IMG/VR virus record: IMGVR_UViG_3300033485_000061
Coordinates: 1 to 30,782 of that record
Length of the DNA stretch: 30,782 nucleotides
Direction: 5' to 3' (one strand)
Origin: a virus
Taxonomy: Duplodnaviria; Caudoviricetes
Shown: piece after piece, positions 1 to 8,594 of the stretch
How positions within the stretch are numbered: the stretch's first letter is position 1
Layout: every line of letters starts with the position of its first letter
Translations under genes and position numbers: made by a program
Notes under the pieces: generated by a model
Databases searched by the model: none
Told to the model about the DNA's origin: nothing
The model's input: only the letters and a program-made list of their open reading frames with translations

Positions 1-608
1 CGGGGGTGCCCGTGGCGGCCCCGAACGACTCCTACGCGAACCTGACCACGAACCTGGGCACCTACGGCGGGTCGTGGACCGCGCCGACTGGCAAGTCGTG
101 GCCACTGGGCAGCGGCAACACCCAGTACCACTTTTGGTCGCCGCTAGTGGTGGACTACGAGAGCACCGCGCTGTCGGCCACCACACACAACTGGAAGAAC
201 CAGTGGCGGGAGGCCATTCGTTTTCTCGTCACCTACATGCAAATCCTTCAGAGCGTGAAGCCGGACCTGATCCTCATGGACCCCGAGCTTCTGCGTCAGG
301 CCAAGGATTCGCAGGAAACCAACGAGCGGTTCATCGTCAACCAGGGCAGCGACGTGCTGAAGCTGGGATTCCCGGCGGTCTCCTGGGAGGGCGTGGACCT
401 GTTGGACGAGTACGGCGTGACCGCGGGCACCGCCTACGCCCTGAAGTTCGACAAGATGACGCTCTGGACGCTCCAGAAGCGGCTCTTCGAGAAGGTCATG
501 GAGCCCGACATCGAGATCGACGCCACGCGCATCGGAGTGCGCGGGTACATGAACCTTCAGGTGGACGCCCCGAGCTACTTCGGTGCGCTCGTGGACAACA
601 CCGCCTGA
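1..608 (+). CDS. Major capsid protein, C-terminal part (5' truncated by window edge)
   Basis: Frame is open from the window edge to TGA 606-608. The C-terminal pattern LGFPAVSWEGVDLLDE..V..GTAYALKFDKMTL...P.YFGAL resembles HK97-fold coat proteins of podovirus-like phages. It lies among virion genes. Confidence 0.75.
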   Translation, partial: GVPVAAPNDSYANLTTNLGTYGGSWTAPTGKSWPLGSGNTQYHFWSPLVVDYESTALSATTHNWKNQWREAIRFLVTYMQILQSVKPDLILMDPELLRQAKDSQETNERFIVNQGSDVLKLGFPAVSWEGVDLLDEYGVTAGTAYALKFDKMTLWTLQKRLFEKVMEPDIEIDATRIGVRGYMNLQVDAPSYFGALVDNTA

Positions 609-621
609 CCAAAGCAAGAAT

Positions 622-671
622 CCCACGCCAAGGCGCCAAGGCGCGAAAGTGCCGCGGCGTCCTGGAGTGGG
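622..671 (+). promoter_or_regulatory. Intergenic stem-loop with GNRA tetraloop, containing three octamer repeats
   Basis: CCCACGCCAAGGCGCC pairs with GGCGTCCTGGAGTGGG (13/16 Watson-Crick). The inner stem is GGCGC-GAAA-GTGCC. It sits between the capsid stop and the AAGGAG RBS of the next gene. Confidence 0.6.
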
Positions 672-690
672 GAGAAAGGAGATACACAAG

Positions 691-1281
691 ATGCCATACG
701 CAAACACCATTCTGCCGTTCCCTCGGGGATCGACCTTCGGGGACGGCCATTGCACCCTGAGCGATACGATTCCGGGCCGCACCGACCTGGAAGGACGTAT
801 TTTCTACGCCCAGGACACGATCCACGGAACCGGCCGCATGGTCGGCCTCCGTGTGGTCAAGAACGACGCCGGCCGGGCAATCACATGCACGACGAAGTTC
901 ATGCGGTTCTCGACTGCGACCATCGAGGACTTCGGCGGGCGCGTGGACAGTTTCGCCGTCACTGCCGGGAAGGGTGGCAGCAAGCCCATGGACGACGCCT
1001 ACGTCAACGAGGGCCTTGCCACGATCCCCGACGACGACCTGTTCTACGTGGTCGAGAGCGGGCCTACGTACATCACCATGAACCAGAACAACAACCTGAG
1101 CACGTCGGTTGCTGGTGAAAAGGTGCAGTGCATGGGTTCCTACGGCGAGGGCGGACTGGCTGCGGCCCTCGACACAGCCCTTGCCTGGACCATGACGAAG
1201 GTGGCCAGCACCGCTGCGACCAAAATCTGCTGCGACGTGATCGAGGGCCTCCAGGCGCCGATCGCCGAGGCAGCGAGCTAA
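691..1281 (+). CDS. Putative capsid decoration/cement (minor capsid) protein, 196 aa
   Basis: ATG 691 follows an AAGGAG RBS, so the track's upstream start is unlikely. It directly follows the capsid gene and has a beta-rich, small-residue composition. Function is inferred from position only. Confidence 0.5.
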   Translation: MPYANTILPFPRGSTFGDGHCTLSDTIPGRTDLEGRIFYAQDTIHGTGRMVGLRVVKNDAGRAITCTTKFMRFSTATIEDFGGRVDSFAVTAGKGGSKPMDDAYVNEGLATIPDDDLFYVVESGPTYITMNQNNNLSTSVAGEKVQCMGSYGEGGLAAALDTALAWTMTKVASTAATKICCDVIEGLQAPIAEAAS

Positions 1282-1291
1282 CACGGCGCGT

Positions 1292-1360
1292 AGCGTCGGG
1301 GGACCGCGACGGTATTCCGTGTTACGCCGGAAGACCCTGCGGCCCCCCGAGCTTTTACTT
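1292..1360 (+). terminator. Long GC-rich hairpin followed by a T-rich tract; probable intrinsic terminator/attenuator after the capsid genes
   Basis: Nested pairs TCGGGGG/CCCCCGA, CCGC/GCGG, GGT/ACC and TTCCG/CGGAA, followed by TTTTACTT. Confidence 0.6.
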
Positions 1361-1389
1361 GCCACTACCACTAAACCACGTTTCTGCCC

Positions 1390-2202
1390 ATGCCTCAGTA
1401 CAAAATTTGTGTCGCCCGCCCCCACGGCACCAAGCTGAACTGCCCAGAAATCGGATCGTGGCTTGGCCGTTGGACCGCCCACCTGGCCATGCAACGTGCT
1501 CCGATCGGCCTGGAGATGCTGGAGGTCAGCAACCCGCGCATCGCCATGATGCGCAACAGTCTGATCGAGACTGCGATCAAAAAGGAATGTTCCCATGTCC
1601 TGATGTTCGACCCGGACATGGCGATCGACCGCTACTGCAATCCGCCCAACCGCGACCCCAATGCCAAACCGTTCTGGGACGTGGCTTGGCCGTTTGTCCT
1701 AAACCACACGACGCTCCTGGACCAGAACCAGAAGCCCTTGGGGCCGTGCGTTGCGGCGGCCCCGTACTGCGGCGCGCCGCCCCATTACCCGGTCCACGTT
1801 TTTGTCGGCAATCAGAAGAACAATCTGGTCCGAGTCGATCACAAGACGGCCGCGCAACAACGGGGATGGACCCAGATTAGGGCCGTGGGCACCGGCCTAA
1901 TGCTGATCGACATGGCGGTCTTTGACAAGTTGGATCGGCCGTTTTTCCGCGACACGTTCACGGATCATACGGCACAGTCGCTCTTGCACAGTCAGGACGT
2001 GAATTTCTGCCTGCGGTGCGAGACGGCCGGCGTGCCTATTTACGTCAACTGGGACTGCTGGTGTGGACACTGGCAAATGGCCGTGGCCGAGAAACCCGGC
2101 TGGATGCCGCCGAAGACCGAGCCGGACGAGATTCCGGTCGCCGCGCATCCCGAGGTGCCCAAGCTCCAGATTTGGGGGCAGGGCGACAAGAGTTGGGGGT
2201 GA
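1390..2202 (+). CDS. Glycosyltransferase, GT-A fold (GT2-like), 270 aa
   Basis: IAMMRNSLI motif, DxD motif (HVLMFDPDM), GTGLMLIDMAVFDKL, SQDVNFC (ED-x-x-FC-like) and a C-terminal GH match GT-A family hallmarks. Confidence 0.8.
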   Translation: MPQYKICVARPHGTKLNCPEIGSWLGRWTAHLAMQRAPIGLEMLEVSNPRIAMMRNSLIETAIKKECSHVLMFDPDMAIDRYCNPPNRDPNAKPFWDVAWPFVLNHTTLLDQNQKPLGPCVAAAPYCGAPPHYPVHVFVGNQKNNLVRVDHKTAAQQRGWTQIRAVGTGLMLIDMAVFDKLDRPFFRDTFTDHTAQSLLHSQDVNFCLRCETAGVPIYVNWDCWCGHWQMAVAEKPGWMPPKTEPDEIPVAAHPEVPKLQIWGQGDKSWG

Positions 2203-2205
2203 GGC

Positions 2206-2640
2206 GTGGACGTATTCGGCGTCATACGTCAGCGGACCGAGGCGAAAAAAGAGTGGAAACGGCGAGAAAAAAGGGATGGCCTGGGACACACGATCCCGGA
2301 ATATCTCGATGAAGTCTTCCTGGGTTGCGACGAGATAGCCCAGTGGGCCGGCGACATCGTGATGGTACAGCGCAAGTTGGCCAAGGCCCGGATCGCCTGC
2401 AAGCCGTGGGTCGGTCGCATCCCTGACGAGGTACAGAAGCACCTGGAGGCGGCGCGTGTGTTGTTGCTAAGGCACACGCCGTTCTGTGTGTGCGAGCATC
2501 CGGCTTACGTCGGGGCGAGGTGTGAACAGTGCAACGGGAGCGAGTGGCTCAGCGCAGAGCAGTTCCAGCGGGCGTCGAGCCAAGGGCAAGCGCCGTGCTG
2601 GTGGGCTGTTTACAACGACAGCCAAGTGCCAGAGATTTGA
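2206..2640 (+). CDS. Hypothetical protein with Cys-rich putative zinc-binding motif
   Basis: GTG start 3 nt after the previous stop. Contains CVCEH...CEQCNG. Confidence 0.6.
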   Translation: MDVFGVIRQRTEAKKEWKRREKRDGLGHTIPEYLDEVFLGCDEIAQWAGDIVMVQRKLAKARIACKPWVGRIPDEVQKHLEAARVLLLRHTPFCVCEHPAYVGARCEQCNGSEWLSAEQFQRASSQGQAPCWWAVYNDSQVPEI

Positions 2641-2897
2641 CGCGCGATGGTGGCCGGTTTGCTGAGGCGATCATCGAGGTGGGCGAGCACGATTTTCCTG
2701 CATGGTGTTTCGGCAAGCTAGCGGATCAGGTTTCGGAGTACGCGGAAGGCGTGGCTTTGCAAGTGAATGGCCGGATGGAGCCCGTGATTTACAAGACTAA
2801 GGAAGAGCACGACCGAATACGGACCGTGATTCGCGCGGATAGCGTGGAGGTGGTTGCTCAACCTTCGCCCAAGACGGTGATTGTGGACGAGCCTTAG
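2637..2897 (+). CDS. Hypothetical protein, about 86 aa
   Basis: Fills the gap between neighbouring genes. The probable TTG start overlaps the previous stop (TTGA). Start is uncertain. Confidence 0.5.
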   Translation: MTRDGGRFAEAIIEVGEHDFPAWCFGKLADQVSEYAEGVALQVNGRMEPVIYKTKEEHDRIRTVIRADSVEVVAQPSPKTVIVDEP

Positions 2898-2899
2898 AC

Positions 2900-3274
2900 A
2901 TGGACGCCAGAGCAAGGTGGGAGTATCGGCGGCGCCAGTCGCCCGATGCTATTCTGGGCAAGATTCTGGAGGCCGAGGGCGACCGTATCTCGGTCCAGCG
3001 AATCATGCTGGGCATCTTGGCCCAGTTCAAGGGCGCGGACGGTTTTGCGGACGCATGGAAAAAGTGTTTCGACCATACGGAGTACGGCAATCCGACGCAG
3101 GTGCGGATGCTCAGCGACGCCATGCGTGGGTTCGCCCTGTGCTCCAGCGAGTCGGACGACTTCGATGACGTGGAGCCGGAAGACCTCCAGGCGATCATTC
3201 GGGAAGTGACCAACAGCACCGCGATAGTGCCCCAAGACGGCGATGGGAGCGATGAAGGCGATGGGGAGCCATGA
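2900..3274 (+). CDS. Putative terminase small subunit, 124 aa
   Basis: Helical protein with an acidic C-terminus and an ATGA overlap with the large terminase start. The call is positional only. Confidence 0.4.
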   Translation: MDARARWEYRRRQSPDAILGKILEAEGDRISVQRIMLGILAQFKGADGFADAWKKCFDHTEYGNPTQVRMLSDAMRGFALCSSESDDFDDVEPEDLQAIIREVTNSTAIVPQDGDGSDEGDGEP

Positions 3275-4899
3275 ACGAGGCCCTGATACTTCGCCATTTG
3301 GATGTCAAAGCGCGGCTCATGGAGCGGGCGCGCAAGGCGGCGCTGGCCTTGGCTCGCAAGGGCATGGAGGGGTTGGCCCTCTATCGCCCCTTGCCGGCGG
3401 CGGCGATGTTTCACGACTCGAAGAAGCGGATCAGGCTGCTGGACGGGAGCAATCAGTCGGGCAAGACGCTTGCCGCGATGGCGGAAGTGGCGATGGCGGT
3501 GATGGGGAATCACCCGACGGGTACGTTTCCCAAGGAGAACGGTCGGGCGATTCTGGTGGGTTACGACGGCGACCACTTGGCGGACCCTATGTTTCGCACG
3601 CTTTGTCGCCAGGGCGCATTCTCGACGATCCGTGACGAGCAGACGGGCAAGGTTCGGTCGGTTCGGCCCGACCTCAACGACCCCAAGCGACTCGACCCTT
3701 ACGACGCGGCCTATCGGGAGAAGTGGCGCGACGCCCCGCCGTTGTTGCCGGAACGGGCGATTAAGCACATAGCGTTTGAGGATACGGGCAAGGGAATCCC
3801 GCGTGTCATCCAGCTTCACAACGGCTGGCAACTTCTGTGGAGAAGCAGCAAGAGCAAGCCAGTTCGCGGTCGGCAGTTTCACCTGTGGCAGTTCGATGAA
3901 GAAATCGAGAACGACCAGTTCCTCCCCGAAGTCCTCCGCGGCTGTATGCGGTTCAGCGGCCGAGGATTCTGGTCGGCTACGCCGCAGACGGGCGGGTTGC
4001 AGCTTTACGAGCTTCGCCAGCGGGCTGATGCGGGCGACCCGGATGTTGCTGCGTTCACTTTACTACTGGACGACAATCCGTTTTACCCCGACGAGGAGAA
4101 ACAGGCGTTCTGGCGTGCGCTGTCGGACGAGGAGCGCGAAGTCCGCTACTACGGGCGATACGCGATCCTCGGCCGACGCCTGTACCCCATGTTCAACCCA
4201 CAAGGCGACCACGGGTGCGAACCCTTCGAGCCGCCGCAAACCTGGACACGCTACCTGATCTTGGACCCTGGGAGAATGCGCTGTGGAACCCTGTTTGGAG
4301 CCATCGACCCCGATGAACGAAACGCCTGGGTCTACGGCGGCTTTGCCCTACGCAACGCCGACGCCCAGCGTTGGGCAGAGCGGGTGCGCGGGATGCAGGG
4401 CTCGGTGCGGTTTGAGGCGGCCATTATCGACAAGCGAGCAGGAAAGCAGCACCCCATGGGTGCCTCCGACACAGTAGCCAGACAGTATTTCGACGCCCTG
4501 ACAAGGGCCGGAGTGATGCCAAGACGGCTGGGACCGTTAGCCGGCTTCTTCCCGGGGAGTGACGACGTGAAGGCCCGCGAGGAGGCGCTGCTGGACTGGC
4601 TTCACTTGCGAGGTGATGGGGCCTTCTTGGGCTCCCCGCGGCTGAAGATCATGCGTGGCGTGTTCCCGGAACTGGAGCGGGAGATACGCAATGCCCAGTA
4701 CGACGGGCACAAATCGGACAAGCGACTGGACCTGGAAGAAGACTGCCTCGACTGCCTGGAGTATTGGGCTGCAAGCAAACCCGGCTACTACCCGCCCGAA
4801 CTTGTTGCCAAGCGGCCACGCGAACCCGTGTACGAGGACTGGCTGAAGCGTGCCCAGGGCCGCCAGTCCCAAGATACTTTTACCTGTGCCCTTGGGTGA
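3271..4899 (+). CDS. terL: Terminase large subunit, 542 aa
   Basis: Walker A GSNQSGKT, Walker B LWQFDEE, coupling motif SATP, RNase H-like nuclease LILDPG ... DCLDCLEY. Confidence 0.93.
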   Translation: MNEALILRHLDVKARLMERARKAALALARKGMEGLALYRPLPAAAMFHDSKKRIRLLDGSNQSGKTLAAMAEVAMAVMGNHPTGTFPKENGRAILVGYDGDHLADPMFRTLCRQGAFSTIRDEQTGKVRSVRPDLNDPKRLDPYDAAYREKWRDAPPLLPERAIKHIAFEDTGKGIPRVIQLHNGWQLLWRSSKSKPVRGRQFHLWQFDEEIENDQFLPEVLRGCMRFSGRGFWSATPQTGGLQLYELRQRADAGDPDVAAFTLLLDDNPFYPDEEKQAFWRALSDEEREVRYYGRYAILGRRLYPMFNPQGDHGCEPFEPPQTWTRYLILDPGRMRCGTLFGAIDPDERNAWVYGGFALRNADAQRWAERVRGMQGSVRFEAAIIDKRAGKQHPMGASDTVARQYFDALTRAGVMPRRLGPLAGFFPGSDDVKAREEALLDWLHLRGDGAFLGSPRLKIMRGVFPELEREIRNAQYDGHKSDKRLDLEEDCLDCLEYWAASKPGYYPPELVAKRPREPVYEDWLKRAQGRQSQDTFTCALG

Positions 4900-4920
4900 T
4901 CGCCCCTTAAAGGAGACGCC

Positions 4921-5385
4921 ATGAATCGTATCGACTTGCCCTTTGTTACCCAAGGAGAAAAAGAGTGGGAGTTCCCCGAGTTGCACATCGGAGACCGCGT
5001 GCTGGTCGCGGTCGGCCCCCAACTGGTCAACCCGTCGTTCGGCGTGATTGCCAACGTCGAGAATCGGACCGTGGACGTGTGGATGCTCCAGGGGCACAGG
5101 CCGACGCTTCTGGAGTGCTGCCGTCACGCCGACGATCCGCAGGTGCCGTTGAACCCGCTGTGGTTTGAGGACAACGCCAACACGGGCGTGTTCAAGCTGG
5201 CGTGGAGCGAGGAGATCACCTACGGCCTCGCGCGTCGGCTGGAGGTCATCGAGGATGCACTGGCGCCCGTCCGGCCGCCCCAGGCGTACCGGCCGCCAAA
5301 CGAGACGCCCGAATCGCAGGCCGATTTGCGTCGTGGACCGGGCCGCCCAAGAAAGATTGTCCCGGAAGTCCCGGAATCCGCATAG
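4921..5385 (+). CDS. Hypothetical protein with C-terminal AT-hook-like motif
   Basis: AAGGAG RBS before ATG 4921. RRGPGRPRK lies near the C-terminus. Confidence 0.7.
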   Translation: MNRIDLPFVTQGEKEWEFPELHIGDRVLVAVGPQLVNPSFGVIANVENRTVDVWMLQGHRPTLLECCRHADDPQVPLNPLWFEDNANTGVFKLAWSEEITYGLARRLEVIEDALAPVRPPQAYRPPNETPESQADLRRGPGRPRKIVPEVPESA

Positions 5386-5400
5386 CCCCAGGGCATTTCC

Positions 5401-7398
5401 ATGGAACCGCTCGGCTACGTCTGCGAGCTTTGGCGTAAGCAGATTGCGCACGCCAAGGAAATCAAGCGCAAGCAGTTCGGCGATACGGCCGAGCGGTGCT
5501 GGCAGTATCTCACGAAGGACTACAAGACCCTCTACCTGACGCCCGGCCCTTACCGGGCGTTCCCCGAGGGCGAGACGGGTCCGGCGCACCAGATCAAACT
5601 GGCCAAGTCCCGCGAGTTCGTCAACCTGATGCTGCCCTACGTGCATCACAAGGTTCCGTTGCGCAAGGTCAGCCCATCGCGGCCCGAGGTGCCGCCGGAG
5701 CTTATGGCTTTGGTGAGTCCGCCGCCCATGCCTTTGCAAATGCCCGGGTCCGGTCCGGGTGTATTGCCGGGTATGCCTTATCCGCCATCGCCCCTCCAGA
5801 TTCTTCGTCAGCAGGACCAGTTGCGGGCGTGGCTCATGGAGTGGTGGCTGAACTACCTGGCCGGCGACCAGACGAACAACCTCCGGCTGGAGGCCCGCAT
5901 GGCGCTGCCTGAGGCACTGGTCAAGGGGCGCGGGCTGGTCTGGCACGAGATGATCCCCAGCAGCATGGGGCTGATTCCATTTTCGGGATACGAGTCGGTC
6001 GATCGCCTACTGATCGACCCGGATTGCGAGCAGTACCGCGACGCGGCGTGGGTCGTCCGGGAGCGAAACCGGAGTCGGTGGCGGCTGGCCGAGGAGTTCG
6101 GCCTGGACCCCGAGCGACTGGAGTCGGCGGCCAGCACCCACCTCGACGATGCGCTCCAACAGACGGCCGGAATGGGTCGGTCGGAAGACCCCGAGGACAT
6201 TCGCGCCCGCAAGGGCGACGTGGTTCACTACTACGAGGTCTACAGCCGCATGGGGCTTGGGAGCAAGTTTCACGCGGCCGACCCGGTGACGAAGGAGGCT
6301 GGCGACCTGTTTTCCAGTCTAGGCGACAATGTTTATCTGGTCATCGCAGACGGCGTGGACTTCCCGCTGAACATGCCACCCGAGGCCGTGGCCGGCATCT
6401 CGGTGCCGGAAGAAATCCAGCAGCGGCTATCGTGGCCCATCCCGTTCTGGGCCGACCATCAGAACCCATGGCCGTTCTCGCCGATCGACTTCTACCCGAA
6501 CCAGGACGACCCGTGGGCCACGAGCCCCTTGCAGGGCGCGTTGCCGTTGCTGGCCTTCCTGGATCATGCCTACTCGTATCTGATGGGGCGGGTCAAGGCG
6601 ACGTGCCGGGACATTCACGTCGTGTCTGGTGCTATAGACCGGAAACTGGAGGAGGCGTTGCACGCGGCCATCGACCAGACGGTGGTGAAGGTTCCTGGCG
6701 ACGTGCAAACGGAAGTCGCAAAGATGCTCCACACGATCCAGTTCCCGTCGGTCAACCGTGACTTGTGGGATGTTCTGTCGGCTGTGGAGCGGGCCTTCGA
6801 GCGGGCGACGGGCATGGACCCGCTTTTGTACGGATCGGGCGGCGGCGCCCCGCAGATGCGTTCGGCGCAGGAGGCGTCTATCCGCCAGGGCAACATGGGC
6901 ATGCGCCCCGACGACATGGCCGAGTGCGTCGAGCAGTGGCAGTCGGCCATTGGGGCGAAGGAAGCGCTGGCGACCCGGCTGTTCGTTGGCCCGCAGCAGG
7001 TTGCTCCATTGTTTGGTGAGACCATGCAGCAAGGCCCCATGGGTCCGATGCTGGGTCCGATGAGCCAGGCGTGGGCCACGCTCATATCGACCAACGATCC
7101 CATCGAGGCGGCTGCCGAGTTGACGTACACGGTGGCGGCCGGCACGGGCCGGCGCAAGAACAAGCAGAAGGACCAGTCGGACGCCCAACTGCTTATTCAG
7201 ACCCTATTCCAGCCGCTTATGGGTTACGCCCAGGCGACGGGCAACACGAACCCATTGAACGCTTTGATCCACTTTATGGGCCAGGCATACGACATGGACG
7301 TATCGGCCATGATGCTTCCGGCCATGCCGCCGCCCCAGGCCATGCCGCCTAACCCCGAGGAACCGCCCAGTGGAGAACCAAGCGCAAACGCAGCTTGA
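5401..7398 (+). CDS. Portal protein (podovirus type), 665 aa
   Basis: Size, position after terL, motifs ALPEALVKGRG, LLIDPD, FERATGM..LLYG and RSAQEASIRQ, and a Pro/Gln-rich tail, as in P22-like portals. Confidence 0.8.
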   Translation: MEPLGYVCELWRKQIAHAKEIKRKQFGDTAERCWQYLTKDYKTLYLTPGPYRAFPEGETGPAHQIKLAKSREFVNLMLPYVHHKVPLRKVSPSRPEVPPELMALVSPPPMPLQMPGSGPGVLPGMPYPPSPLQILRQQDQLRAWLMEWWLNYLAGDQTNNLRLEARMALPEALVKGRGLVWHEMIPSSMGLIPFSGYESVDRLLIDPDCEQYRDAAWVVRERNRSRWRLAEEFGLDPERLESAASTHLDDALQQTAGMGRSEDPEDIRARKGDVVHYYEVYSRMGLGSKFHAADPVTKEAGDLFSSLGDNVYLVIADGVDFPLNMPPEAVAGISVPEEIQQRLSWPIPFWADHQNPWPFSPIDFYPNQDDPWATSPLQGALPLLAFLDHAYSYLMGRVKATCRDIHVVSGAIDRKLEEALHAAIDQTVVKVPGDVQTEVAKMLHTIQFPSVNRDLWDVLSAVERAFERATGMDPLLYGSGGGAPQMRSAQEASIRQGNMGMRPDDMAECVEQWQSAIGAKEALATRLFVGPQQVAPLFGETMQQGPMGPMLGPMSQAWATLISTNDPIEAAAELTYTVAAGTGRRKNKQKDQSDAQLLIQTLFQPLMGYAQATGNTNPLNALIHFMGQAYDMDVSAMMLPAMPPPQAMPPNPEEPPSGEPSANAA

Positions 7399-8020
7399 AT
7401 TGATGAACGCCGCGACCAACGGGATTCCTGGCTGGTACTACCCGCCAGCTAATGAAGTCCTCTTGGCGTGTGATGCGTACCATAAAGCCAATAACCTGAA
7501 CGGGCACCTTGGGGAAATAGGCGTCTATCATGGGCGATCTGCTATCCCATTGGCGGTACTTGCCGGACCGGACGAGATTTTCTTAGCGGTGGACTGCTTT
7601 GAGAACCAGAAGGTAAACCGCGACCAGTCTGGACAGGCAACGCGCCAAAGCGCTTTTGAGGCGACTTACAAAAGGTGGATTGGTTCGACTGAGAACCTGC
7701 GGGTGTTGTCCGGTGACAGCCAGGTGATGACCACGGAGACCTATTTGCAAGCGGCTGGCGGTCCTTTCCGCATTTTCTCTATTGACGGATGCCACACTGA
7801 GTCGGCGACGCGACACGATCTTGAGGCGGTCTCTGAGGCAATGATTCAAGGCGGGTTCATTACTGTGGATGACTACACGCACCCGAGTTACCCTGGGGTG
7901 AAACCGGCCGTCGATAAGTTCTTGGCAGCACACCCAGAGTGGCGAATTTTCGATAAGCGGTGTCGATTGGTTTTGTCAAACGCCCACTACGAGATTCCCG
8001 CGGAGCCGCCTCATGCCTGA
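7370..8020 (+). CDS. Class I SAM-dependent methyltransferase (Methyltransf_24-like)
   Basis: Motif I GEIGVYHGRS, then AVDCF, GDS, FSIDGCH and GGFITVDDY..YPGV. An alternative start is ATG 7403. Confidence 0.85.
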   Translation: MENQAQTQLELMNAATNGIPGWYYPPANEVLLACDAYHKANNLNGHLGEIGVYHGRSAIPLAVLAGPDEIFLAVDCFENQKVNRDQSGQATRQSAFEATYKRWIGSTENLRVLSGDSQVMTTETYLQAAGGPFRIFSIDGCHTESATRHDLEAVSEAMIQGGFITVDDYTHPSYPGVKPAVDKFLAAHPEWRIFDKRCRLVLSNAHYEIPAEPPHA

Positions 8021-8561
8021 AACCGCCCCAACCTGGCCCGTCATTTCGGAGAACCCGCGAATCCAGGCGTTCTACGAGCGGTGTCGAGCCAACGGCGAGA
8101 GTCACAACATGGCCAAGATGTTTGCGGAACGGCGAGCCCCCGGGGTCGTGACGGATACGACTTTCATGGCGGGCCGTAGAGACGAGTTCAACGGTAACAA
8201 CGTGCTCCGGCGGATTTACATGGAGCGGGCACGGGCGGCCGGAGTGAATCCAACCGGCAAGGTCTACTCGGGCGGGCTGGCAAGGTTCCCTGGCGACCCG
8301 AAGGCGTGGATCAATGATCGGAGCGACGTGGAGCGAATTGCGCGGGATCGTGGAGTTCGGGTCGAGGGCTCGATCAACTGCGATTACCTGCCCGAGGACA
8401 TGACGGATCCGTTCAACGAGCCGTACCGAGTGGCGGACGAGCTTGTCGAGGACGAGATTGATCGAATCGAGACAGAGAGCGGCGAGCCGGTGACGGGCGC
8501 GAAGCGAGAAGATGCACGGGAGAAGATCAGAGAGCAGATTACGCCGAAGATCGGTGAGTGA
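8013..8561 (+). CDS. Hypothetical protein, 182 aa
   Basis: GGAG before ATG 8013. Overlaps the previous gene by 8 nt. Charged protein with no recognised motif. Confidence 0.7.
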   Translation: MPETAPTWPVISENPRIQAFYERCRANGESHNMAKMFAERRAPGVVTDTTFMAGRRDEFNGNNVLRRIYMERARAAGVNPTGKVYSGGLARFPGDPKAWINDRSDVERIARDRGVRVEGSINCDYLPEDMTDPFNEPYRVADELVEDEIDRIETESGEPVTGAKREDAREKIREQITPKIGE

Positions 8562-8569
8562 CGGTTTCT

Positions 8570-8585
8570 TGCGAAGGCGCGAAGA
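8570..8585 (+). repeat. Intergenic tandem octamer (TGCGAAGG CGCGAAGA)
   Basis: Read directly. Lies between stop 8561 and ATG 8595. Confidence 0.65.
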
Positions 8586-8594
8586 GAGTAGACG

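Noticed and set aside
1359-1389. Sigma70 promoter upstream of the glycosyltransferase (TTGCCA)
   Set aside because: There is no credible -10 element at the right spacing.
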